Source: an uncultured Vicinamibacteraceae bacterium (GTDB lineage Bacteria; Acidobacteriota; Vicinamibacteria; Vicinamibacterales; UBA8438). Taken from it: a DNA stretch of 64,000 nt. The position numbers were made by a program, and so were the translations under genes. The notes under the pieces are model-generated. The model made no database searches, was not told the origin of the DNA, and was given only the letters and a program-made list of their open reading frames with translations. How positions within the stretch are numbered: the first letter of the stretch is position 1; every line of letters starts with the position of its first letter. This document shows positions 48,943-58,050 of this stretch, one piece after another. The stretch is from positions 25,335-89,334 of the forward strand of contig CAYFFV010000001.1 in assembly GCA_964342695.1 (NCBI GenBank). The letters are read 5' to 3'.

Positions 48943-50076
48943 ATGTTGATGACTTGGGGTGAATTCGTCGCTTTCCTGCAGTCTGGTGCGCTTGAACTGG
49001 CTGAGACGCAATTTGAACAGGTCCGTTACGGTGACGTTGGGATGGCTCTGGCGCTCACGATTCTTGTTGGGTTTGGTTTGTTTTTAACTTTTGGACGACT
49101 TAGTTTTTGGCAACGAAAACATACGCGTTACCACTCTGGCTACGACATTGAAGTAACGCATCAAAAAAAATGGCTGGCTTGGATTTTCCATACTGCACCA
49201 AAGTTGCTAGTGGGAGCCGCGCTGGCTCTGATTTTATTCGCTGCGGCAGATCCTTTTCTTACTGCGACGGAGGAAGTTAGTGGGTATATCGAGTCTCGGG
49301 TTCGCGTTGATCTGGTTGACACATCAGGGTCCATGGCTTGGGAATTTCCGGATACGGGAAAATCTAAAGCAGAAATTGCACGAGATGCCCACCTTGAATT
49401 TTTAGAGATGCGACGTGACAAAAATGATCGGGTGTCACTGTGGTTGTTTTCAACCTACCCCTATATGGTTGATGACTTTGTAATGGATGATGAGTTGTAT
49501 TATTTCCAGGTATGGGACGCACCTTATGTAACAACTCAGCGACTCGATAAAGCAATGGTTGTTCCGCCTGACAAAGTACGGATTATTCCTGCTGAAGGAG
49601 ATACGAATATAATCCGCCCCCTCCGCTCCATTATGAAGCACTTTGAACGTGATGAGGCTCTTATGGGGGGCGGAGAAGATACCAATCGTGCGGTCTTGAT
49701 CATTACGGATGCTGCGGTTGATGAGTTTCCTGATTCTGAATTTGCTGCGCTTAACCAAAGAAACATAGTTCCATATTTGATATATATAAACACCAGTGAT
49801 GTTCGGACTGCGATGGTAGGGCAAACGACGACCACGCCTCGACTCGTGGAAATGATTCGTGAGTATGGAGGAGATTATTTTGATGTGACCGATCAAGATA
49901 GTCTGCTTAGGGCATATGAAGCCATTGATGAGCGTGAAGCCGTTCGTGTGGAGATGAAACACCGGGCTCTAAAAGTACCGATTTATTCAAGATTTTTGCT
50001 TGCGGCCTTAGCGATGTTGGTAGTTGGTATTCCGATGGGTTTTTTGGCAGAGTTGTTTTGGGGAACGACTCCCTAG
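48943..50076 (+). CDS. vWA domain-containing membrane protein (BatA-like)
   Basis: 377 aa with two N-terminal TM segments and MIDAS VDLVDTSGSM. The vWA body includes AVLIITDAAVDE, and there is a C-terminal TM (FLLAALAMLVVGIPMGFL). Confidence 0.75.
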   Translation: MLMTWGEFVAFLQSGALELAETQFEQVRYGDVGMALALTILVGFGLFLTFGRLSFWQRKHTRYHSGYDIEVTHQKKWLAWIFHTAPKLLVGAALALILFAAADPFLTATEEVSGYIESRVRVDLVDTSGSMAWEFPDTGKSKAEIARDAHLEFLEMRRDKNDRVSLWLFSTYPYMVDDFVMDDELYYFQVWDAPYVTTQRLDKAMVVPPDKVRIIPAEGDTNIIRPLRSIMKHFERDEALMGGGEDTNRAVLIITDAAVDEFPDSEFAALNQRNIVPYLIYINTSDVRTAMVGQTTTTPRLVEMIREYGGDYFDVTDQDSLLRAYEAIDEREAVRVEMKHRALKVPIYSRFLLAALAMLVVGIPMGFLAELFWGTTP

Positions 50077-50756
50077 GAGTGATAAAAACGATGCGAATAA
50101 CAGACTTGCTTGATCGAGAGAATGCGTTTAAATACCTGATTGGGTTCGTTTTGGCTACGATTTTTTATGTTGCGGTATCTGGCCCATCACAAAGTCTCGT
50201 TGGATTTTACGAACGACTTGATAGTTTAAGTGATAGTGTTCGGCGCGGAAATTTTGATCAAGCGGAAAGTGAACTTGATCAAGTGACGAATTTTTATCAG
50301 GAGAGTCAGGGTTGGGGGCTTCAGTGGGTTGCGGATGCCTACCTTTTTAGAGATGCTTTTCTCCAGCAAGCAGCTTATAGCTATCTTACAGGCGATTACG
50401 AAACGGTTGTTCGTGATCTCGCGGACGAAGTTGATGATCCACGGGCTTCGTACCTGTTGGCAAGCGCGAAATTTCAGTTGTTGCGGCAACAATATCGAGC
50501 CATCGATGACGAAAATCCTGATGGAATGGCACTGAAAGCTGCGATCATTCAAGAAGTTCTCGATGATGTGAATGCAGATTTTGAGCGCGCCCTCAGGAGT
50601 GATGACGCGGACCGATTTGAATATAAGTGGAATTATGATCTTACGAGTGACCCTGATGCAGTACGGCTCGCATTGGAACCGTTAAGACAAGTACAAGCGC
50701 CTGAACTAGAACAGATGAAAGGCGAAGGGACGCCAACACGCCGGCGACGCGGCTAG
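50058..50756 (+). CDS. Hypothetical membrane-anchored helical protein (possible degenerate TPR, BatC-like position)
   Basis: N-terminal TM (YLIGFVLATIFYVAVSG), a helical acidic body and a C-terminal basic tail GTPTRRRRG. The likely start is ATG at 50091, preceded by GGAG, rather than the TTG at 50058. Confidence 0.5.
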   Translation: MGNDSLGVIKTMRITDLLDRENAFKYLIGFVLATIFYVAVSGPSQSLVGFYERLDSLSDSVRRGNFDQAESELDQVTNFYQESQGWGLQWVADAYLFRDAFLQQAAYSYLTGDYETVVRDLADEVDDPRASYLLASAKFQLLRQQYRAIDDENPDGMALKAAIIQEVLDDVNADFERALRSDDADRFEYKWNYDLTSDPDAVRLALEPLRQVQAPELEQMKGEGTPTRRRRG

Positions 50757-50774
50757 AGAATGGTTAGATAGCAC

Positions 50775-51863
50775 GTGAATATTTTGCTTGCGGCTTTTCA
50801 GGATACTGTTGAGTTTTCGAATCCTGAGTATTTGATGGCAATTCCGATTGCCATGGTGCTTGGGCTGTTTGGAGCAAGTGTATTTATTCTCCGTAGTTTT
50901 TTGCGACCTGCAAAGACTCACGGATCTTCATATCCACTCATTGGACACATTAAGTTTTGGTTTGTTGCTATCTTTGTGTTGGTTGCTGTGGCGGCTGCGG
51001 CGGCTAGGCCGTATTGGGTTTATGGAGGGCGCACATTTAAAAGGGGAGATGTAGACGTCGCTATTGTTGTCGATGGTTCTGCTTCTATGTGGGTCAAGGA
51101 TTTGGGGCCATCACGACTAGAAATAGCTGTGCGCGAGGCACTGAACTTGTACTCGGAGGATATTCTGACTCCAGGTGATCGAACAGCATTGTTTGTCTTT
51201 GGCACCACTGCTGTGCGCAAGGCGCATCTCTCTTCTGATGCAGATAGATTTGTTGAACAAATTGGAAGAGTGTCTCCACCAGTAACGCTCTCGGGGGATG
51301 CGTTTCCGTGGGATAGTGATATTGCCTCGGCTTTTGAACACGTCTATCAGTCGTTGGATAACCAAGATAGATTTGAGTCGGGCAGAGAAGATTGGACACC
51401 TGAAAAACGTTCGGATCGCGTCGCTCTTTTATTTACAGATGGCGACTTTTTTGGTTCACGGGAACAAATGGGACGGCTGGATGCTGCATTATCGGAGATG
51501 CAGCAGCGAGGGTTGACGGTTTATCCAATTGGTATTGGCGCACGAACTGGCACGAACCTGAATTCTGTTTTATTAGATTACGTGCGCGGAGTAGATTATG
51601 ACGAGTCACTAGAAGCAGATTTAGATTCGCAGCGAACCAGGCTTAATACTGACGGTCTTAGTATGCTTCAGCAGAGAACGGGAGGCCGTTCATTTGTTAT
51701 TGAGAGTGCAGGTGTTTCTTCAGCACCGTTTCTCAGAAATGCTATCAATTCACATCGCAGTATTTCATTCCAACTTGTTCCTGCAGAGGATAAACAGGAG
51801 ATTTGGCAATGGGTTCTAGCGATGGCTGTCGTTTTATTTGTCGTTGCGGTGCTTTTTTACTGA
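50775..51863 (+). CDS. vWA domain-containing membrane protein (BatB-like)
   Basis: 362 aa with a GTG start. BatA/B-type N-terminus (VEFSNPEYLMAIPIAMVLGLF, then a second TM), MIDAS VAIVVDGSASM followed by GPSRLEIAVREAL, and a C-terminal TM (WVLAMAVVLFVVAVLF). Confidence 0.8.
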   Translation: MNILLAAFQDTVEFSNPEYLMAIPIAMVLGLFGASVFILRSFLRPAKTHGSSYPLIGHIKFWFVAIFVLVAVAAAAARPYWVYGGRTFKRGDVDVAIVVDGSASMWVKDLGPSRLEIAVREALNLYSEDILTPGDRTALFVFGTTAVRKAHLSSDADRFVEQIGRVSPPVTLSGDAFPWDSDIASAFEHVYQSLDNQDRFESGREDWTPEKRSDRVALLFTDGDFFGSREQMGRLDAALSEMQQRGLTVYPIGIGARTGTNLNSVLLDYVRGVDYDESLEADLDSQRTRLNTDGLSMLQQRTGGRSFVIESAGVSSAPFLRNAINSHRSISFQLVPAEDKQEIWQWVLAMAVVLFVVAVLFY

Positions 51864-51868
51864 AGACA

Positions 51869-52765
51869 TTATGTTTTCATGGGGCCATCTGGAATACCTG
51901 CCCCTCGCCGAACAAATCTTGCCAAGTTTGACATGTCTTCATCTCCGAAGCCTTGAGCGATCAATGAATCTTCAATTGTTGCAACTAAGCTAGCAATCGG
52001 AACAGGAACTTTAGCGTTTCTGGCTGTGTCGAGGGCGATTCCTAGATCTTTTCGATGTAGGCGAAGCCTAAATCCGAGTGGATAATCGTCGGTTAGCATT
52101 TTTTGTGAACGATTGTTCAGGATCCACGAACCTGCCACTCCGCCGGAAATGGCTTCTACCACTCGTTCGGGGTCAGCGCCGCTTCGGTAGGCTAAAGTCA
52201 AGGCTTCGGCTAGAGCCATAAAGGTGCCAGTGATGACAACTTGGTTGGCAACTTTAGCTATTTGGCCACAACCGACAGGTCCAATTCTTGTCACTCGACT
52301 TCCAATAACTTGAAGAATAGGATTAGCGCGATCAAAATCTTTTTCAGAACCGCCACACATCACGGTTAACGTACCTTTTATTGCTCCTTCAGAGCCGCCA
52401 GAGACTGGAGCATCAATAAATCCGATGTTATTACTTCTAAAGACTTCTGCAATTCGGCGCGTTGCCTCTGGCTCAATGGACGAACAGTCTATGACTAGAC
52501 TTCCCGATCGTAGTCCATTGATGACGCCCTGTTCTGAATCGAGTAGGATGCTTTCAACATCTGGTGTGTCTGAAACACAAGTCAACACAATTTCTACAGC
52601 ACTGGCAGCAGCGGCTGGGCTGGCAGCGCGTGTGGCACCTAATTGTTCGAAGGATTCCTCTTTATTTCTTGTTCGATTGTGCACAGTGACTTCAAACCCT
52701 GCTTTAATAAGATTTTCCGCCATAGGTGCTCCCATGGTTCCTAATCCAACAACTGCAATTTTCAT
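51869..52765 (-). CDS. NAD(P)-dependent oxidoreductase, 3-hydroxyisobutyrate dehydrogenase / 2-hydroxy-3-oxopropionate reductase family
   Basis: 298 aa. Rossmann motif KIAVVGLGTMGAPMAENL, DAPVSGGSEGAIKGTLTVMCGG, and the catalytic Lys region GCGQIAKVANQ. Confidence 0.85.
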   Translation of the reverse strand: MKIAVVGLGTMGAPMAENLIKAGFEVTVHNRTRNKEESFEQLGATRAASPAAAASAVEIVLTCVSDTPDVESILLDSEQGVINGLRSGSLVIDCSSIEPEATRRIAEVFRSNNIGFIDAPVSGGSEGAIKGTLTVMCGGSEKDFDRANPILQVIGSRVTRIGPVGCGQIAKVANQVVITGTFMALAEALTLAYRSGADPERVVEAISGGVAGSWILNNRSQKMLTDDYPLGFRLRLHRKDLGIALDTARNAKVPVPIASLVATIEDSLIAQGFGDEDMSNLARFVRRGAGIPDGPMKT

Positions 52766-52780
52766 GGTAGTGTGTCTCCC

Positions 52781-53479
52781 TCAAACTTTCGCATGTACGA
52801 TTCCTCGGCCAGACTGAGGACGGGTCGTCACCAGCGACAAAAATTTCTTCCAATATCTAAACGATGGAGTGTAGATAGTTTCTACACTTTCGAATCCTGC
52901 AGATTCTAACATTTGTGTTAGCGCAGTTATTGTAGGCATTGCGCAGAGTTCGTAGGGGATTTCTTTGGCGTTTTCATCTCCAGGAAAGAATGGAACCAGT
53001 GGGTATCGTTCGTGCATAAAAGGGAGAAGTACATGTGTCTCACAGATAAGTTTTTGTCTGGTAATACTTCGAATGTTTTCTAATGCTTGCAGTGGATTCC
53101 GAAGATGGTAAAAGACCCCGAGGAACAAAACCAAATCAAAGGTTCCGAGAGTGTCGGCATTTAATTCATGAACATCGGCATGGTGGTACTCGACATTTGA
53201 ACCTAGTCTATCCTTCGCGTTGAGAAACTCTTCGATGCCAAACTTATCCCATGCGAACCGATCGATTGCAACTACTCGGTCAGCTCCGCGACGTTCACAT
53301 TCAAAAGAAAAAAATCCATGCCAAGCTCCGATGTCAAGAACTGTCCAGCCAGTCAAGTCCTCTGGTATTTGTAGCAATTTTAAACGTCGTTCGAAACGCC
53401 GCCTGATAAGCCCTTCGTGCGACAAAAGAGACGTCGTGCCTTGGGGGCTGGTTATGATTTCATGAGGTCGTCGTGCCAT
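52781..53479 (-). CDS. Class I SAM-dependent methyltransferase (CmoB/DUF1698-like)
   Basis: 232 aa. VLDIGAWHGFFSFECERRGADRVVAID and DLVLFLGVFYHLRNP. Confidence 0.72.
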   Translation of the reverse strand: MARRPHEIITSPQGTTSLLSHEGLIRRRFERRLKLLQIPEDLTGWTVLDIGAWHGFFSFECERRGADRVVAIDRFAWDKFGIEEFLNAKDRLGSNVEYHHADVHELNADTLGTFDLVLFLGVFYHLRNPLQALENIRSITRQKLICETHVLLPFMHERYPLVPFFPGDENAKEIPYELCAMPTITALTQMLESAGFESVETIYTPSFRYWKKFLSLVTTRPQSGRGIVHAKV

Positions 53480-53677
53480 AGATTTTTTATTTAGAGCTCA
53501 TTACGTGAAGATCTTTATATGAAAGCTTGGCATTGTCATTAATAAATGCTCAATTAAAAAACAACTAAACTTATAGAACTGTCAGTAATCAATAACGGTT
53601 TAATCACTAAGTAGAAAGCCGTTGACAGAACAACGTGCATCGTATGCTACGTCGATAGCTCGATTGCTGCCAAGTTC

Positions 53678-54151
53678 TTAATACTTTTCATCTTTGGTTT
53701 TGGAAGGCTTTGGAATCATGATCGGAGGTTTGCCCGCGCGTTGTCGAATCCAGTTAAATGCCGTTTGAACATGCTTTTGACGAATAAGGCGTATTTCCAA
53801 CGAGCGTTTCCCTGGGAAATCCAATAAAGTCAAGGCGATTAATACGGTGATAATGCCTTGCCCTGGTAATACCAGCATTATCAACCCTGGTATTAATAGA
53901 GTAATTCCAAGGAGGTTTTTAACAACAAATAGTCCGAGTTTTGCGGAAGGGTGGCGATTCATCCAGCTTTCAGAATTACCTTCGGATGGATTTACAAAGT
54001 AATCCATTCTGACCCTGGAAACAAGTACAGGAATTAGAAGAATACTTCCGACGAAAAGAATGAGTGACGCTCCGAATATCAAAGCTAGGAGACGTGGCTG
54101 GAGTACAAGGTCTCCAATTATTGTCGCGAACTCGCTGATAACTTGCTGCAT
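53678..54151 (-). CDS. Hypothetical integral membrane protein
   Basis: 157 aa with 3-4 hydrophobic segments. The LVLPGQGIITVLIALTLLDFPGKR segment loosely resembles the PGPGW-type small membrane proteins. Basic C-terminus. Confidence 0.5.
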   Translation of the reverse strand: MQQVISEFATIIGDLVLQPRLLALIFGASLILFVGSILLIPVLVSRVRMDYFVNPSEGNSESWMNRHPSAKLGLFVVKNLLGITLLIPGLIMLVLPGQGIITVLIALTLLDFPGKRSLEIRLIRQKHVQTAFNWIRQRAGKPPIMIPKPSKTKDEKY

Positions 54152-54264
54152 GTCTTCTCTATTTTATAGAAGTAGCGGCATTTCGCTAGATAAGTGACTC
54201 CATGTTATACTCCGCCCGTTTTTCTGCCTTGTTTAGATACTTTCATGAATGCACCTAATCATCA

Positions 54265-55092
54265 GTGAGGTACACGGTGTTTCAATCGTCAAAATTATTG
54301 TTAATCTTTGCGCTTTGTTTGCCTCCAACGGTAGTGAGTACTCAAACGCTTGGAGGAGTTCGACCTCAGACAACAGCTCCACGAAAGAGTGGTGTTCTCA
54401 CGGCGTTTCGGGCTGCACTTGACATCTCTCATTTATCTGGAGTGGCTGCGGACAATCGCTATAACTGGGATGCTGATTTACTACTTGATGCTGATCTTTT
54501 TGATGTTGGTGTGTTGCGCGGTAATTTGCTCGCTAATCTTGAAACAGTTGTTGGAAGCGAGCTTAGGGATGTCGATCCTAATCAAAACAATTACACAGTA
54601 GATTTTTCCATCTTTGTTCGTTTGCCGAGAGGTGAACTGGGTACAACCTTCCATCACGTTTCTCGTCATTTGAGCGACCGGAAAGATTTGGGAAGTGTTT
54701 CATGGAACATGGTCGGTATTTCATATGGTGATCGCTTTACCTTAGGGGCACTGCATTTAGACGCCGGAATTCGAGCGCTGGGAACGGTAGAAAGAGCTGG
54801 CGTTGATTACACCGCCCAATTTGAATGGCACGGACATTTCACGAGACCAATCAATCCTAAAGTCTCGATTATTGCTGGTTTAGAGGGCGCAATTGTTCCT
54901 GTTGAAAAAAAAATGATGATGCGGAATCTCAAGAAAGGTGGAGTTGTGTTTGGTGGTGTAAGATTTCCTACCGGAGTTGGAGCCGTTGATTTGTACGTGG
55001 GTTGGGAACGACGAATTGATGCCGGACAGTTCTCCCGAGATATCCCTCAATGGACAAAAGCTGGTATACGTCTTAGAACGCCACTACCTTGA
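54265..55092 (+). CDS. Hypothetical secreted protein, possible outer-membrane beta-barrel
   Basis: 275 aa with a GTG start and a signal peptide (LLLIFALCLPPTVVSTQT). Alternating-polarity strands run throughout. No family recognised. Confidence 0.5.
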   Translation: MRYTVFQSSKLLLIFALCLPPTVVSTQTLGGVRPQTTAPRKSGVLTAFRAALDISHLSGVAADNRYNWDADLLLDADLFDVGVLRGNLLANLETVVGSELRDVDPNQNNYTVDFSIFVRLPRGELGTTFHHVSRHLSDRKDLGSVSWNMVGISYGDRFTLGALHLDAGIRALGTVERAGVDYTAQFEWHGHFTRPINPKVSIIAGLEGAIVPVEKKMMMRNLKKGGVVFGGVRFPTGVGAVDLYVGWERRIDAGQFSRDIPQWTKAGIRLRTPLP

Positions 55093-55117
55093 GGCGACTG
55101 TGTCATAATGAATCTAT

Positions 55118-56512
55118 ATGAGTGACGAAAAACCTCTTCGAAAAGCTTTGCTAATAGGCCAAGTAGGCTTTGTCCTCGTCTTGCTTGTGTGCCTATTGGT
55201 TTCTGTAACGGTCTATAGTGCGGTTCGTCCGGCCAAGCTAAATTATCAGATTAAAACGCTGGGTAATGGTTTAACAGTGGTTATGTCTGAGGATCATTCA
55301 ACACCCATTGTTCATGTTGAAATGTGGTACCGCGTTGGTTCCAAAAATGAGCCGGCTGGTCGTACAGGTTTTGCTCACTTGTTTGAGCATTTGATGTTTA
55401 AGGGATCTAAGAATGTTCGGTCTGACGAGCATTTGACAATGATTTCTCGTGTTGGTGGAGATGGAAACGCGTACACTACCGAGGATGCGACCGTATTTCT
55501 TCAGACTGTTCCATCGCAGTATCTTCCTTTAGTTCTTTGGTTAGAGGCTGACCGGATGGCGACTCTGCGCATTGATCAACGTACTCTCGATGCAGAAAGG
55601 GAAGTTGTCAAGGAAGAAAGGCGTTGGCGGTATGAGAACGAACCATTCGGGCTGCTGTCAGAAATTATTTACGATCACGCATTTACGACGCATCCTTACA
55701 AGCATACTGCGATTGGATCGATGAAGGATCTTGAAGCTGCTTCTATCGATGATGTTCGTGAGTTTTACAACACTTTTTATGTCCCAGAAAATGCAACTCT
55801 CGTTATTGTTGGAGATATCAATCCTGATGATACGATACAGATGATCGAACATTATCTTGGTCGTGTGCCCCAATCTCAACTAGAAGTGCCTCGAAACATT
55901 CCTCGGGAACCCGCGCAGACATCCGAACGCCGGATTACAGTTGAGGCTGACAATTGGCCACTACCTGCAGTCGTGGTAGCGCATCATATTACCTACGACG
56001 GTCATCCTGATGCATATCCATTACATATTGCGTCAAAGGTCCTTTCTGATGGACAGAGTTCGCGTATATACAGAAGACTCGTGTACGAGCAGCTGGCGGT
56101 ATCAGCTTTTGGGCAAGGAAATATCATTGAAGACCCGAATCTGTTTTACGCAGTAGCAATTGTTCCTCCAAGCGTAAAGCCAGATACTACCGCTGAAGCT
56201 CTAGTTCAAGAACTCGATCGCCTAAAGGAAGAACCGATAACTGATGAAGAGTTACAGCGATCTAAAAATCAATTCGCTCGAGATTACATAATCGGAAGGA
56301 TTACTAATTCACAAAAAGCAGCCCATTTAGCCCACGCGGCTGTCATTCATGATGACATCACCACCGCTGATGGTGAGTTTGACATATTTATGAATGTTTC
56401 GAAAGAAGACGTTCAACGTGTGGCCCGTAAGTACTTTACTGATGAAAATCGTTTAGTGCTAACTATCTTGCCACGCAACAGCCGTAACATTGAGGGGGTT
56501 GCGTCTAGATGA
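55118..56512 (+). CDS. M16 family zinc peptidase (pitrilysin-like, catalytic subunit)
   Basis: 464 aa with an N-terminal anchor. Inverted zinc motif HLFEHLMFKG (HxxEH) and a downstream Glu in the REVVKEE region. Confidence 0.9.
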   Translation: MSDEKPLRKALLIGQVGFVLVLLVCLLVSVTVYSAVRPAKLNYQIKTLGNGLTVVMSEDHSTPIVHVEMWYRVGSKNEPAGRTGFAHLFEHLMFKGSKNVRSDEHLTMISRVGGDGNAYTTEDATVFLQTVPSQYLPLVLWLEADRMATLRIDQRTLDAEREVVKEERRWRYENEPFGLLSEIIYDHAFTTHPYKHTAIGSMKDLEAASIDDVREFYNTFYVPENATLVIVGDINPDDTIQMIEHYLGRVPQSQLEVPRNIPREPAQTSERRITVEADNWPLPAVVVAHHITYDGHPDAYPLHIASKVLSDGQSSRIYRRLVYEQLAVSAFGQGNIIEDPNLFYAVAIVPPSVKPDTTAEALVQELDRLKEEPITDEELQRSKNQFARDYIIGRITNSQKAAHLAHAAVIHDDITTADGEFDIFMNVSKEDVQRVARKYFTDENRLVLTILPRNSRNIEGVASR

Positions 56513-57984
56513 TTTTTTGTTTAGGAAAACGACTTCTCATTCTTCATTTTTTTGCTTGGGCTTGTTGTTTGATTTTTATGATTGATTCGATAAATGCTCA
56601 ATCGTTGGAATGGCCTGATGAAAATCCTCCTCCGCCTCTATTAGCTCCAGAGGTTCAATTTCCTGAATATGAGTTGAGACAACTTGATAACGGTCTTCAG
56701 ATAGTTGTTGTTGCTGCACGGGAACAGCCTGTTGTGAATGTTCGTCTGATTATGCGGGCAGGTTCGTCGAATGATCCAGAGGGAAAGCCTGGCGTGGCGT
56801 CAATGGCTGCTCAGATGCTAGATCAGGGTGCCGGTAATTTCACGGCCCAAGAGATTGCGAAAACAATTGATAACATCGGTGGTGTTTTGTCTGTTGGTGC
56901 TGGTTCCGATCTGAGTTTTGTGAACGTTCTGGTTATGAAAGACAGTTTTGGTCTTGCCCTTGAGACCTTAGCCGACGTTATTCGCCGTCCTAGGTACGAT
57001 TCCAATGAACTTGAACGGCAACGCCAACAATTATTATCTAGTATGCAGGTCAGTTACGACGATCCCAGTTATATTGCAAACGTGGTGTTTGGACGGCTTA
57101 TTTACGGTATGCACCCCTATGGAAGACCAAGCAACGGGACACGGGCTTCGTTGGCTTCTATCACCCGGAAGGATCTTGTTGATTTTCATCAGGCTCATTA
57201 TCTCCCTAATAACGCTATAGTTGCGATTGTTGGTGACGTGACGACTGACGAAGCAGTTACAGGCATTAATCAGGTTCTTGGTGACTGGTCTCAGGGAATA
57301 CTTCCAACGCGACATTCTGTTGAACCACCACGGCCGACAAATCGATTAGTTGTTGTGGACAAGCCGGATGCGGTTCAGACCGTCGTTAGAGTTGGTCACT
57401 TAGCGCTGCCTCGCGCTCATCCTGATTTTCTCAATCTTGATGTTGCGATCAAGATTCTTGGAGGAGAAGGGGGGAATCGTCTTGGAGGTGTCCTGCGCAC
57501 AGCGCGCTCGCTAACGTATTCAGCATCTGCCGATTTGGCCGGTCGACAGGCCACAGGCGATTTTATGGCCAAAACGGAGACGCGTTCTGCAGCTACTGCG
57601 GAGGTTCTACGCCTGATGGTCGATGAAATTTCTCGTCTTCGACGTGTTCGAGTTCGTCGGCAAGAACTACGAGGAGCGCAAGACTATCTCGCGGGGAATT
57701 TCCCTCTTACAATAGAGACGCCCAATTCCATCGCTACTCAAGTATTGGAAGCTTTAGTTTTTGGTCTAGATTTGAGCGATCTCGAAACTTATCCCGAGCG
57801 TGTGCGGGCTGTCTCTCCGCATGATATTCAACGTGCTGCGCGAGCTTTCTTGCAGCCTGAAAATCTGTCAATTGTTTTGGTGGGTGACGCCGCCGCGTTT
57901 ATTGATGATCTTGAGGAGACCGGGTTTGAAGATTATGAACTCATGAGTGTTTCTGAAGTTGAATCTTCAACTGTCGGTTTTTAA
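56509..57984 (+). CDS. M16 family peptidase-like protein (lacks HxxEH; probable non-catalytic partner)
   Basis: 491 aa, start overlapping the stop of the upstream M16 gene. M16 fold pattern with GVASMAAQMLDQGAG in place of the HxxEH motif. Confidence 0.85.
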   Translation: MIFCLGKRLLILHFFAWACCLIFMIDSINAQSLEWPDENPPPPLLAPEVQFPEYELRQLDNGLQIVVVAAREQPVVNVRLIMRAGSSNDPEGKPGVASMAAQMLDQGAGNFTAQEIAKTIDNIGGVLSVGAGSDLSFVNVLVMKDSFGLALETLADVIRRPRYDSNELERQRQQLLSSMQVSYDDPSYIANVVFGRLIYGMHPYGRPSNGTRASLASITRKDLVDFHQAHYLPNNAIVAIVGDVTTDEAVTGINQVLGDWSQGILPTRHSVEPPRPTNRLVVVDKPDAVQTVVRVGHLALPRAHPDFLNLDVAIKILGGEGGNRLGGVLRTARSLTYSASADLAGRQATGDFMAKTETRSAATAEVLRLMVDEISRLRRVRVRRQELRGAQDYLAGNFPLTIETPNSIATQVLEALVFGLDLSDLETYPERVRAVSPHDIQRAARAFLQPENLSIVLVGDAAAFIDDLEETGFEDYELMSVSEVESSTVGF

Positions 57985-58050
57985 GGTTGCTAATATGTTT
58001 GGTATCGCGTATTTGTCCCGTAATCTTTCGTATTTCTATTATCTGTTTAA

